Below are positions 19,762 to 29,065 of a stretch of 64,000 bases of DNA, piece after piece. This stretch comes from Deltaproteobacteria bacterium (GTDB taxonomy: Bacteria > Desulfobacterota > Binatia > Binatales > Binataceae), in contig JAKAVN010000001.1 in the NCBI GenBank assembly GCA_021827495.1, positions 9,954 through 73,953 of the forward strand, given 5' to 3'. The notes under the pieces are model-generated. The model saw nothing but the letters and a program-made list of their open reading frames with translations, ran no database searches and had not been told where the DNA came from. Position numbers and translations under genes: made by a program. Each line of letters begins with the position of its first letter. Positions within the stretch are counted from its first letter, which is position 1.

Positions 19762-20238
19762 ATGGCTGGAGCTGGCGGAAATCGGGGACTGTTCTGCGAC
19801 TTGGCCGGCACGTTGGTGAAAATGGATGAGACCCGCCAGCTTGCGCTCGGCCCCGACGGAAGAATCGTAGTCGAGCTGCTGCCCGGTGTGGCCGAGAGGC
19901 TCCGCCCGATACGCGATCATCTAATCTTCGTCGTCACCAACCAGGCCGGGATAGCGCGCGGGCGGCTGCGCCTGGAACAGGTCGAAGCGGCGATCGCCGA
20001 GGTCGCCCACCAGCTCGGCGACATCCTGACTGGATGGCGGATTTGTCCGCACGACGACGCCGACCGATGCGCATGCCGCAAGCCCAGGGGCGGGATGCTG
20101 ACCGAGCTGGGCGCGGCCTACGGCGTGGATATGGCGGGATCGACCATGGTCGGTGATCAGGAAATCGACGCCGCGGCGGCGCGCGCGGCGGGCGTCGGCC
20201 GTTTCATCTGGGCGCACGACTTCTTCGGCTGGCAATGA
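19762..20238 (+). CDS. HAD-IIIA family (GmhB/HisB-N-like) hydrolase, atypical motif I
   Basis: VVTNQAGI, CPH...CACRKP Zn motif and VGD; motif I reads CDLAGT rather than DxDG. Confidence 0.8.
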   Translation: MAGAGGNRGLFCDLAGTLVKMDETRQLALGPDGRIVVELLPGVAERLRPIRDHLIFVVTNQAGIARGRLRLEQVEAAIAEVAHQLGDILTGWRICPHDDADRCACRKPRGGMLTELGAAYGVDMAGSTMVGDQEIDAAAARAAGVGRFIWAHDFFGWQ

Positions 20239-20265
20239 GCCGCGCTGGCGCAACGTGACACGCGC

Positions 20266-20409
20266 GACGCGGTTTCCGGCCGACGGTTTATCTTCGGCCT
20301 CGGCGCGGGATGGCTGCGCGAGGAGGCCAAGGTGCGCGGCGTCGGCTTTGCGCATCGGTGGGCGCAGACGGTTGAGTTCGCAGGCGCGATTGGCGAGCTG
20401 TGGCGCAAG
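20266..20409 (+). pseudogene. Internal fragment of an LLM-class (probably F420-dependent) oxidoreductase
   Basis: Hand translation DAVSGRRFIFGLGAGWLREEAKVRGVGFAHRWAQTVEFAGAIGELWRK matches the LLM D..SGGR..LG.G.GW..EE motif; no start codon and only ~50 codons. Confidence 0.7.
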
Positions 20410-20504
20410 CCTCAACGGGAATCGGCGCGGCTCGCCGCGCTGGCCGTGTAACACGGTTGCCGGCGGGTTTCGGCGTTCGCGCAGGATCGCCCTTTGATCG
20501 TACA

Positions 20505-21029
20505 ATGAGCTTCAAGCCTCGAGCCCAGGACATAATAGGCGCCGTTGCGCTGATGTTCGCCTCCATCCTGACGGGCCTGGTGCTCAATCACTTCAGCTCG
20601 AGTCCGCTGGCGCTCGCCTATCGGTCGCCCGAGCAGCGGCTTCAGACCGAGCTGGCGGAACTCGTCGCGGGGCCGCCGCTGCAGTCGTTTCCGGTCGCCA
20701 CGATCGGTCTCGATGAATTTCGCCGGATGGCCGAGGCCAAAACCGCCGTCATCTTCGACGCGCGCGCTTCCGTCTACTACCGGCAGGGCCATGTGCCGGG
20801 CGCGCTGAATCTGTCGCGCGAGGACTTTGGCCAGGACTACCTGCGCCTGCGGGCGGCGCTGGAGAAGGACAAGAACAGTCCGATCGTGGTCTACTGCTCG
20901 GGCGGAACCTGCCACGACAGCAAGATGGTCGCCCAGGCGTTGACCAGCCTGGGGTTCACGCGGGTGCGAATTTTTCCGGGGGGATGGGAGGCGTGGTCGG
21001 CGGCCGGGCTGCCGGCGCAGCGCGGCTGA
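20505..21029 (+). CDS. Membrane-anchored rhodanese-like domain protein
   Basis: N-terminal TM helix; FDARA...GHVPGALN, YCSGGTC, GGWEAW. Confidence 0.85.
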   Translation: MSFKPRAQDIIGAVALMFASILTGLVLNHFSSSPLALAYRSPEQRLQTELAELVAGPPLQSFPVATIGLDEFRRMAEAKTAVIFDARASVYYRQGHVPGALNLSREDFGQDYLRLRAALEKDKNSPIVVYCSGGTCHDSKMVAQALTSLGFTRVRIFPGGWEAWSAAGLPAQRG

Positions 21030-21033
21030 AGCG

Positions 21034-21498
21034 ATGAGTGCCGGTTCAATCCTGGAGCGGCGTTGGCTTCAACTGGGCCTCGGGCTGATTGTCGGAGGCG
21101 CGTTCGTCTATGCCGGCTGGGTCGGTTTCTCGGACGCGCGGCAACTCGCCGACAGCGTCGCATCGCTCCGCATCCTGCCCACGAGGCTGGTCGATCCATT
21201 TGCGCTCAGCCTGCCGATGTTCGAGATCCTCGCGGGAGTGTTGACGGTCGCGGGGCCGCTGCGGCGCTCGGCCGCGCTCGGCCTGGGTGTTATGACGGTG
21301 ATCTTCTGCGCCGCCATCGCGTCGGCGCTGGCGCGCGGGCTCGTCATCGACTGCGGATGCTTCGGTGCGAACATCCCGTCGCGCGCGCGGATGTGGCTCG
21401 ACTTGGGCCGTGACGTGCTGCTCCTGATGGGCGTGCTGATCGTCTACCGGCCATCGGGCAATCACTGGCCCGGCGTGCCGCGTGATCCGCGACAATGA
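21034..21498 (+). CDS. MauE/DoxX-family redox-associated membrane protein
   Basis: Four TM segments, LPMFEILAG and RGLVIDCGCFG...RD signature. Confidence 0.85.
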   Translation: MSAGSILERRWLQLGLGLIVGGAFVYAGWVGFSDARQLADSVASLRILPTRLVDPFALSLPMFEILAGVLTVAGPLRRSAALGLGVMTVIFCAAIASALARGLVIDCGCFGANIPSRARMWLDLGRDVLLLMGVLIVYRPSGNHWPGVPRDPRQ

Positions 21499-21594
21499 CG
21501 GGCGGAACCTGACTGGAAGCCGGCAGTAAGGGCTGCGCGGCTGGCAGGGCTCGGATGAAGCTGGCGATGAAGACGGGCGACAAGCGAGGCGACC

Positions 21595-21885
21595 ATGCCC
21601 GATGCTGCCTACGCCAGCTATTTCACGCCGCCGCCGAGCGAACTGGTCACTGTCAGCACCATCCGGAAGTTCGCGGACACGACCGGCGCGCCGGCCGCTT
21701 GGCAACGGCAATCCAACGGTGGAGCGCGGCCACTATTTCGATGCGCCGGGGCAACGCGGCAGATAGTTCCCGGACTCAACGCAGGGATCGATTCGTACTA
21801 CAAAAAGGCGCGCGACTTGATCGACGAGGGCCAGTTCGGGCCGGCGCTTCGCCCGCAGGGGATGCGGCGTGGTTGCGCCCGGTAG
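21595..21885 (+). CDS. Hypothetical protein or gene remnant
   Basis: 96-aa ORF with GAGG RBS-like site and coding-like codon usage in the first two-thirds; no recognisable motif. Confidence 0.3.
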   Translation: MPDAAYASYFTPPPSELVTVSTIRKFADTTGAPAAWQRQSNGGARPLFRCAGATRQIVPGLNAGIDSYYKKARDLIDEGQFGPALRPQGMRRGCAR

Positions 21886-22133
21886 CCAATGCCTGCTCCA
21901 GCCCGGCCGAGCGAGAAATACAGGGGCGTTTGCTTAGCGGAACTTTTCTGATTTACTGGATACCCGGACTATCGCCGGGATTGAGTGGGGCGTGAAATGG
22001 CGGACCCGCCGGGAAAGCCGGTTCGCGATGCACGCCCTTGAATTTAAGCCATCCGCCATCGTCTTAAACTCATAATCTTGCTGTGTACGACCGGGCGGAA
22101 ATATGAACCCTGGCATCTCCAGGAGGAGACTGA

Positions 22134-23744
22134 ATGGTTAAGAAGATCGCCGCGGTATCCTGCGGCGTACTCTTGGGTATCGTAATCGCCTTCGCGCGTG
22201 CCGGGGCCTTTCCGTTCTGGAGTTCCAGCGCGCAGCAGGAGCAGTCCAAGCCCCGGCCAGTTCCTCCCGAAAGGACCGCCCAGGCGGCGCCAAATCACCA
22301 GCCGGCGCCGGCCAACCAGCCCGAACCCAACGAAATCAGCATTCCAATCCATTCCTTCGCGCCGTTGGTCAAGCGGGTGATGCCGTCGGTGGTCAACGTG
22401 AGCGTGGTGCAGGAAGTCAAGAGCGGAATGCCGTTCGGCGGATCCGGCGATCAGGGTGGCCCAGGTGACTCGCCTGAGGGACCGGAGGGACCCGGAGGGC
22501 CGGGCGATCAGGGCCCGAACGGGCCGTTTGGCCAGCAGCAGAACCCGTTCGATCAGTTCCGCCGCTTCTTCGGCCAGATTCCCCATCAATACAAGCAGCA
22601 CGGGCTTGGCTCGGGCGTGATCGTCTCGCCCGACGGCTACATCCTCACCAACTATCACGTGGTCGGACACGCCGACGAGATTCACGTGCGGCTGCTCGAC
22701 AAGCGCGAGTTCACCGCCAAGGTCGTCGGCAAGGATGCCAAGACCGACCTTGCGCTGATCAAGATCAAGATTGACACCAAGCAGCCGCTCCCGGTGGCAA
22801 CGCTGGGCGATTCCAACGCGGCGGAGGTCGGCGACTGGGTAGTCGCGATCGGCAGCCCGTTCGGCTTCAACTCGACCGTCACCGCCGGGATCATCAGCGC
22901 CAAGGGGCGCGCGCTCGGCGGCAACTACGACGATTTCATCCAGACTGACGCATCGATCAACCCCGGCAACTCGGGGGGGCCGTTGTTCAACACCAAGGGC
23001 CAGGTGATCGGCATCAATACGGCCATCTACAGCAGCACCGGCAGCAACGCCGGCATCGGCTTCGCGATTCCGATCGACATCGCCAAGCAGGTGATGGAGC
23101 AGCTCAAGGAGCACGGCAAGGTAGTGCGCGGATGGCTGGGAGTCGAGATCCAGGAAGTCACGCCTGACCTCGCCCAATCCTTCAACCTGCCCAAGCCCGA
23201 GGGCGCGCTGGTGGCCAACGTCGAGAAGGACGGCCCGGCGCTGAAGGCCGGCATTTTGCGCGGCGACATCGTCATGAAGTTCAACGGCACGCCGGTGCAG
23301 GACGAGCATCAGCTCCCCGAACTCGTTGCGCAGACGCCGATCGGCCAGACCGTGCCGATCGAAGTGATCCGCAACGGCAAGCGCCTCACGCTCCAGGCCA
23401 AGGTCGGCGAGCTCAAGGACGAGCAGCTCGCCAGCGCCAAGGGCGAGGCGCCGGGCTCCAACTGGGGCCTCCAAGTGCAGTCCATCACGCCCGAAATTGC
23501 CAACCAGCTCAACCTCAACAGCACCAAGGGCGTCGTGGTCCGCGGCGTGCAACCCGACAGCGCGGCGGCTGACGCGGGAATTCAGCAGGGCGACGTGGTG
23601 CTCGAGGTCAACCATGCGAAGGTCAACACGGTGGGCGATTTCCTGTCGGCCGCCAAGCAGGCCAAGAAGGACAAGAAGTCGGCCCTGCTCCTGGTGCAGC
23701 GCGGCAACGCCACGATGTACACGGTTATCAAACCGCAGGGTTGA
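22134..23744 (+). CDS. Periplasmic serine endoprotease DegP/DegQ (Do) family with two PDZ domains
   Basis: TNYHVV (His), DLALIK (Asp), INPGNSGGPL (Ser), two PDZ domains, AGGAGG RBS. Confidence 0.95.
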   Translation: MVKKIAAVSCGVLLGIVIAFARAGAFPFWSSSAQQEQSKPRPVPPERTAQAAPNHQPAPANQPEPNEISIPIHSFAPLVKRVMPSVVNVSVVQEVKSGMPFGGSGDQGGPGDSPEGPEGPGGPGDQGPNGPFGQQQNPFDQFRRFFGQIPHQYKQHGLGSGVIVSPDGYILTNYHVVGHADEIHVRLLDKREFTAKVVGKDAKTDLALIKIKIDTKQPLPVATLGDSNAAEVGDWVVAIGSPFGFNSTVTAGIISAKGRALGGNYDDFIQTDASINPGNSGGPLFNTKGQVIGINTAIYSSTGSNAGIGFAIPIDIAKQVMEQLKEHGKVVRGWLGVEIQEVTPDLAQSFNLPKPEGALVANVEKDGPALKAGILRGDIVMKFNGTPVQDEHQLPELVAQTPIGQTVPIEVIRNGKRLTLQAKVGELKDEQLASAKGEAPGSNWGLQVQSITPEIANQLNLNSTKGVVVRGVQPDSAAADAGIQQGDVVLEVNHAKVNTVGDFLSAAKQAKKDKKSALLLVQRGNATMYTVIKPQG

Positions 23745-23777
23745 GCCACGGCACCGGCAGCCTTGCGCGGCAAGCAC

Positions 23778-23820
23778 GCGGCGGGCGGGTATCCCTCAAA
23801 CGGGGGGAGCCGCCCGCCGC
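23778..23820 (+). terminator. GC-rich hairpin downstream of the Deg protease gene
   Basis: GCGGCGGGCGG...CCGCCCGCCGC 11-bp inverted repeat; weak U-tract. Confidence 0.45.
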
Positions 23821-23977
23821 GTGTCGTTTATGGCCCGGGGCGGCGGCCGGGGAGGCGGTTCTATTTGGCGTCGTGGTGCGATAGGATTTCGGCGCAACGC
23901 TTTCTCACGGGCAAGGTATCCGGCGCGCGGCGGCGGATGGAGTGGATGCGGGGCCTGACGGTTCGCGCGGGGTTTCG

Positions 23978-24244
23978 ATGGCAAAGCGGCGGCGGCGGCG
24001 CGGCAAACGCAAGCGTCCCAGCCTGATTCTGATCGCGGCGCTGATGGTGCTCGCGGCCGGCTTCATTACGCGGCGCGTGCTGGCGCCGCGTGCGATGCGT
24101 TTCCTGACGCATCGCTCCGCGCCAGCGCCGGAGCATACAGCGATCGGCCAACCGCAGCCGGCCGCGCGCGGCGCGGGCGAAAATCTGACCGATTCCGACC
24201 GCCGCGCGCTCGATGAGGTCGTGCGGCAAAGGAGCGGCAGGTAG
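23978..24244 (+). CDS. Small membrane-anchored hypothetical protein
   Basis: Basic N-terminus MAKRRRRRGKRKR, one TM helix, C-terminal ENLTDSDRRALDEVVR; in operon with the next gene. Confidence 0.6.
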   Translation: MAKRRRRRGKRKRPSLILIAALMVLAAGFITRRVLAPRAMRFLTHRSAPAPEHTAIGQPQPAARGAGENLTDSDRRALDEVVRQRSGR

Positions 24245-24254
24245 GCGGACTCAG

Positions 24255-25091
24255 ATGGCATCGTGGCTTCAGCTCAGCGACGACGTCGGCCTCAAGGTCG
24301 AACTGGAGCGCCCGCCGGCGCGGGTCGTCTCGCTGGTGCCGAGCTGGACGCAGACCCTGTTTGCGCTCGGCGCGGGCGAGATGGTCGTCGGGGCGACGCG
24401 CTTTTGCGTCGAGCCACCACAGGCGCTCGCCGCCGTCCCCAAGGTCGGCGGCACCAAAAACCCCAGCTTGCGCGAGATTGCGAAGCTGAAGCCCGATCTC
24501 GTGATCGCCAACGCCGAGGAAAACCGCCGTGAGGACATCGAGCGCCTGCGCGGGCAGGCTATTCCGGTGTTCACGACTTACCCGCGTACCGTGCCGGGCG
24601 CGGTCGAGTCGATCCTGCGGATCGGCCGCGCGATCGATCGCGAGCCGCAGGCGGCCGCGCTCGCGCGCGAAATCACGCTCTCGGTGAGCGGAATCGAAGC
24701 CGGGCTCGGGGTCTGGAGCAAGCTGCGGCTGCGGGTCTTCTGCCCGGTCTGGAAAAAGCCCTGGATGACCTTCAACGGCGATACCTACGCCCATGACGTG
24801 CTGCGCATGATGGGCTTTAACAACGTCTATGCCGCGGCGGGCGAGCGCTACCCGCGCACCACGATCGAAGAAGCGATTGAGCATCGCCCCGATATCGTAC
24901 TGCTGCCTGACGAGCCCTACGAATTCGACCAGTGCGACGTCGAAGAGATTAAGGCGATGCTGCCGCCGGCGCTGGGCCGCCGCGTGCTGCTGGTCAGCGG
25001 CCGCGACCTGCACTGGTACGGCGTTCACATGGTCGAAGGGTTGCGCGCGCTCAACGAGCGGCTCTCAAGGCTGCGGGCGGCGGTGATCTGA
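24255..25091 (+). CDS. Helical-backbone metal receptor (BtuF/TroA-like binding protein)
   Basis: RVVSLVPSWT, VGATRFC, VGGTKNP, PDLVIANAEEN, LPDEPYEF, LHWYG; no obvious signal peptide. Confidence 0.85.
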   Translation: MASWLQLSDDVGLKVELERPPARVVSLVPSWTQTLFALGAGEMVVGATRFCVEPPQALAAVPKVGGTKNPSLREIAKLKPDLVIANAEENRREDIERLRGQAIPVFTTYPRTVPGAVESILRIGRAIDREPQAAALAREITLSVSGIEAGLGVWSKLRLRVFCPVWKKPWMTFNGDTYAHDVLRMMGFNNVYAAAGERYPRTTIEEAIEHRPDIVLLPDEPYEFDQCDVEEIKAMLPPALGRRVLLVSGRDLHWYGVHMVEGLRALNERLSRLRAAVI

Positions 25092-25281
25092 GCTCCGCCG
25101 GGCGGTTGCGGGCCGCGGCGCCGAGGCGACCCGTCCGGGGGCGTTTGCACGCGGGGACGCAAACGATTTAAAGAAAGTACGTCATCCATTATTGGAATAA
25201 CCCGCGCCGTGGAGCCGGCGCCGCGCGCGGAGCGGGCAAATTGCGCGGACGCCGCTGAAAAAAAGGAGAGACTGCAAGTTC

Positions 25282-26487
25282 ATGGCTTCAATCGCACCGC
25301 TTAGCGGGATCAAAGTTGTCGATCTCACCAAGCTCGCTCCCGGACCGCATTGCACAATGATCCTTGGCGACCTTGGCGCCGACATCATCAAGGTCGAGGA
25401 ACCCGGCGCGCCCACCGGCCGGCGCGCCGAGCAGGCCGCCGCCGCGGGCAAGACGCAGCGGCGCGGAACCGGGCTGGGCCTGCACAACGCGCTTGGGCGT
25501 AACAAGAAATCGATCGGACTTAATCTCAAGAGCGGGCCGGGACGCGAAATTTTCTTGCGCATGACGCAGCGCGCCGACGTGGTGGTCGAGGAGTTCCGCC
25601 CCGGCGTCGCCAAGCGGCTGGGGATCGACTACCCGATGCTGTCGGCGCGCAATCCGCGGCTGGTGTATTGCGCGGTGACTGGCTTCGGCCAGACCGGACC
25701 GTACCGCGACTACGTCGGTCACGACCTCAACTACATAGCGCAGGGCGGCGCGCTCTCGATGATTGGGCGCAAGGACCAGCCGCCGACGATTCCGCAGAAC
25801 CTGCTCGCCGATTACGCGGGCGGCGGCATGCATGCGGCGATCGGAGTGCTCGCCGCACTGCTCGCGCGCCATCAGACCGGCCGCGGACAGTACGTGGATA
25901 TCGCGATGCTGGACGGGACGATGCTGCTGATCGCGCAGGCGCTCTCGAACCACTTCGGCAAGGGCTGGATTCCCCGCCGCGGCGCAACCACGCTCGACGG
26001 CTCGGCACCCTACTACAACCTGTACCTGACCAAGGACGAGAAATATATCACGATCGGCTCCGTGGAGCCGTGGTTCTACGCCAACCTGTGCCGCGCGCTC
26101 GGCGCCGAGGAATACATCCAGGACGAGTACAACAGCGCCCGCTTCGACGAGATCAAGGCGCGCTTCGCCGAAATCTTCAAGACCAAGACGCGCGAGGAGT
26201 GGTGGGAGATACTTACGCGCAACGACATCTGCGTGGGCCGGATGCTGACGCTCGACGAACTTGAGCACGACCCGCAAATCCGCGCGCGCAACATGATCGT
26301 CGAGGTCGAGGCGCCAACCGGCGAGAAGGTCAAGCAGGTCGGCATTTCGGTCAAGCTCTCCGAGACGCCCGGCTCGATCCGCTCGCTGGCGCCCAGGCTC
26401 GGCCAGCATACCGATGAAATCCTGGCCGATTTGGGCTACGGCCAGCACGACATCGAGCGCTGGCGCTCCGAAGGCGCGATCCGGTAG
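25282..26487 (+). CDS. Family III CoA-transferase (CaiB/BaiF)
   Basis: [49 protein letters not shown]. Confidence 0.93.
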   Translation: MASIAPLSGIKVVDLTKLAPGPHCTMILGDLGADIIKVEEPGAPTGRRAEQAAAAGKTQRRGTGLGLHNALGRNKKSIGLNLKSGPGREIFLRMTQRADVVVEEFRPGVAKRLGIDYPMLSARNPRLVYCAVTGFGQTGPYRDYVGHDLNYIAQGGALSMIGRKDQPPTIPQNLLADYAGGGMHAAIGVLAALLARHQTGRGQYVDIAMLDGTMLLIAQALSNHFGKGWIPRRGATTLDGSAPYYNLYLTKDEKYITIGSVEPWFYANLCRALGAEEYIQDEYNSARFDEIKARFAEIFKTKTREEWWEILTRNDICVGRMLTLDELEHDPQIRARNMIVEVEAPTGEKVKQVGISVKLSETPGSIRSLAPRLGQHTDEILADLGYGQHDIERWRSEGAIR

Positions 26488-26633
26488 GCGAACCCCCGGT
26501 AGGCGAACCATAGACTGGAGCATAAGCTGGCCGGTGCATCGGCCGACGCTCATGTGCGGAGTGCCGGCGCTTTGCGGACGCGGAGTTGGCCCGCTGGCGC
26601 GGACTGGCTGGTTAAGGGTCGAGGAAAGTGGCG

Positions 26634-27965
26634 ATGGCCGAGTTACCCGAGTTACCATTGACCTTCATTCGCGGACCCTACGAGCCCCTGCTGATCGACC
26701 ATGCCGAGGGCGCCTGGCTCTATACCGCCGACGGCAGGAAAATCCTTGACGCGGCCGCCGGCGCGGTGGTGACCAATATCGGCCAGGGCCGCGAGGAAAT
26801 CGCGCAACTGGCCGCCAACGAGATGCGCCGCGCCAACTACGTCGTCCCGATCTGGTCGACGCCGCAGCGCCAGCGGCTGGTCAAGCGGCTCGCGCGATGG
26901 ACCGCACCGGGCCTCACCCGGTTCTTCTTCACCTCGGGCGGTTCGGAGGCGGTCGAAGCGGCGCTCAAGTTCGCGCTGATGTATCACAAGGTCCACGGCC
27001 GCCCGCGGCGCACGAAAATCATCGCGCGCGAGGCCTCCTATCACGGCAACACCATCGCGGCGCTGTCGGCCGGCGGCAGCCTGCGCCGCGCCGACTACGA
27101 ACAGGTGCTGTTGGATTGGCCGAAAATCAAACCGTCGTATTGTTACCGCTGTCCGTGGGGCAAGACTTACCCCGGATGCGATATCGATTGCGCCAATGCG
27201 CTCGAGCAAGAGATCAACCGCCACGGCGAGGATTCGATCGCACTGTTTATCGCCGAGCCGATGATGGGCTCGGCAGGCGGCGCGGTACCGCCGGTCAAGG
27301 AGTACTGGCCGCGGCTGGCGGAAATCTGCCAGCGCCACGGCGTGCTGCTGATCGCCGACGAAGTGATGACCGGCTTCGGCCGCACCGGCCGGCGTTTCGC
27401 CGTCGACCATTGGAATGTCATCCCCGACATCCTGATCGGCGGCAAGGGGCTGACCGGCGGCTACCTGCCGATGGGGATGATCGCGGTTAAGGAGCGGCTG
27501 GTCGAGCAGTGCGAAGAGCAGGGCGCCGAGTTCATGTTCTACACCTACAGCGCGCATCCGACCGCCTGCGCGGTGGCCGACCGCGTGCTCGAGATCATGG
27601 AGCGCGAGCATCTGGTCGAGCGCGCGGCCGAGATGGGCGCGCGGCTCGGGGCGCAGCTCAAGGAGGAGCTAGCGGGCCATCCGATGGCCGGCGACATCCG
27701 CGGCGCCGGAATGTTCTGGGGCGTCGAGCTGGTGCGCGATCGCGCCTCGCGCGCGCCGTATCCGCCGGCGCTGAAGGTTGCGAGCAGGGTGGTCGCGGCG
27801 GGACTCAAGCGCGATCTGTTCGTCTATCCGGCGAGCGGGATGGCGCGGCCGGGCGGCGATGCGGTGATGGTCACGCCACCGTTCGTGATCGGCAATGACG
27901 AGATCGAATACCTCGTGAGCCGGCTGCGCGCCACGCTCGACGACGTCCATCCGAATCTGCAGTAG
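26634..27965 (+). CDS. Class III PLP-dependent aminotransferase
   Basis: SGGSEAVEAA, SYHGNT, AEPMMG, LIADEVMTGFGRTG, GGKGLTGGY. Confidence 0.92.
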   Translation: MAELPELPLTFIRGPYEPLLIDHAEGAWLYTADGRKILDAAAGAVVTNIGQGREEIAQLAANEMRRANYVVPIWSTPQRQRLVKRLARWTAPGLTRFFFTSGGSEAVEAALKFALMYHKVHGRPRRTKIIAREASYHGNTIAALSAGGSLRRADYEQVLLDWPKIKPSYCYRCPWGKTYPGCDIDCANALEQEINRHGEDSIALFIAEPMMGSAGGAVPPVKEYWPRLAEICQRHGVLLIADEVMTGFGRTGRRFAVDHWNVIPDILIGGKGLTGGYLPMGMIAVKERLVEQCEEQGAEFMFYTYSAHPTACAVADRVLEIMEREHLVERAAEMGARLGAQLKEELAGHPMAGDIRGAGMFWGVELVRDRASRAPYPPALKVASRVVAAGLKRDLFVYPASGMARPGGDAVMVTPPFVIGNDEIEYLVSRLRATLDDVHPNLQ

Positions 27966-28129
27966 AGCCGGCAGTTGCTTCACGGCTGATTACGAATCTC
28001 GCATTTGCTTGCGGCCAGCCTCTTGCGGCTGTGCCTGCTTTCCATTGGATTATAGGGCGGGTTCCGGGCGCGCCGCTTGTACGGACGGACGCGCAGCGGT
28101 CAGGGCCGTGGACGGCCCAAGGAGACGTT

Positions 28130-28999
28130 ATGGCGGATATCATCGGTCCCACGTCAAATTATTTTTATTCTCAGCGGCTGAAGCTCCATTACGTCGACTG
28201 GGGCAACGCGGACAAACCGATGGCGATCATGCTCCATGGCGGCCGCGACCATTGCCGCAACTGGGACTGGGTCGCGTTCGAGTTGCGCCAACACTTCCAC
28301 CTGGTCGCGCCCGATCTGCGCGGGCACGGCGACTCCGACTGGGCGATCGGCGGCAGCTACGCGATGATCGACCATGTGGTCGACTTGAACCAGCTCATGA
28401 ACGCGATCGCGGCCGGGCCGGTCACGCTCATCGGCCACTCGCTGGGCGCGGGCGTTGCGCTGCAGGCGGCCGGGGTCTTTCCCGGCGCGGTCAAGGCGCT
28501 GGTCGCGATTGAAGGATTGGGGCCGCCCTCCGCGATGCTGCGCGAGACGCCGGCCTACGAGCGGATGGAGAACTGGGTGGGCGACATGCGCGCGCTCGCC
28601 CAGCGCAAGCCGCGCGAGTACCCGAACCTCGAGGAGGCGCTGGAGCGGATGCGCGCCGCCAACTTGCATCTCAGCCCCGCGCAGGCGCGCCATCTGACCG
28701 TCCACGGCGTGCGGCGCAACGAAAACGGCACCTACTCGTGGAAGTTCGACAACTACACGCGCGCCCATTCGCCCTATCTGTTCAACCTCAAGGACGCGAC
28801 CGAAATCTGGAGCCGCATTCGCTGCCCCACGCTGCTGGTGCGCGGCGACGAGTCGTGGGCTGGCGACTGGGAGCGCGACGGACGTCTGGACTCCTTCCAC
28901 ACCGCCGAGCTGGTGACGATTCGCAACGCCGGCCACTGGGTCCATCACGACCAGCTCGCGGAGTTTCTCGCCGTCGTGCGCCGCTTTCTGGGTGTGTAG
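28130..28999 (+). CDS. Alpha/beta fold hydrolase
   Basis: HGGRD, APDLRGHGDS, GHSLG nucleophile elbow, AGHWVHHD; AAGGAG RBS. Confidence 0.92.
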   Translation: MADIIGPTSNYFYSQRLKLHYVDWGNADKPMAIMLHGGRDHCRNWDWVAFELRQHFHLVAPDLRGHGDSDWAIGGSYAMIDHVVDLNQLMNAIAAGPVTLIGHSLGAGVALQAAGVFPGAVKALVAIEGLGPPSAMLRETPAYERMENWVGDMRALAQRKPREYPNLEEALERMRAANLHLSPAQARHLTVHGVRRNENGTYSWKFDNYTRAHSPYLFNLKDATEIWSRIRCPTLLVRGDESWAGDWERDGRLDSFHTAELVTIRNAGHWVHHDQLAEFLAVVRRFLGV

Positions 29000-29065
29000 C
29001 GCGGTTCGGCGGGCATTGGGATTGCGCGGGGCGGTTGCGGGGACGACGAGCAGGGAAGCTGGCTG

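Noticed and set aside
22035..22062. Sigma32-like promoter (CTTGAA...CCATC) upstream of the Deg protease
   Set aside because: The -10 element is a poor match to CCCCATNT; too weak to call.
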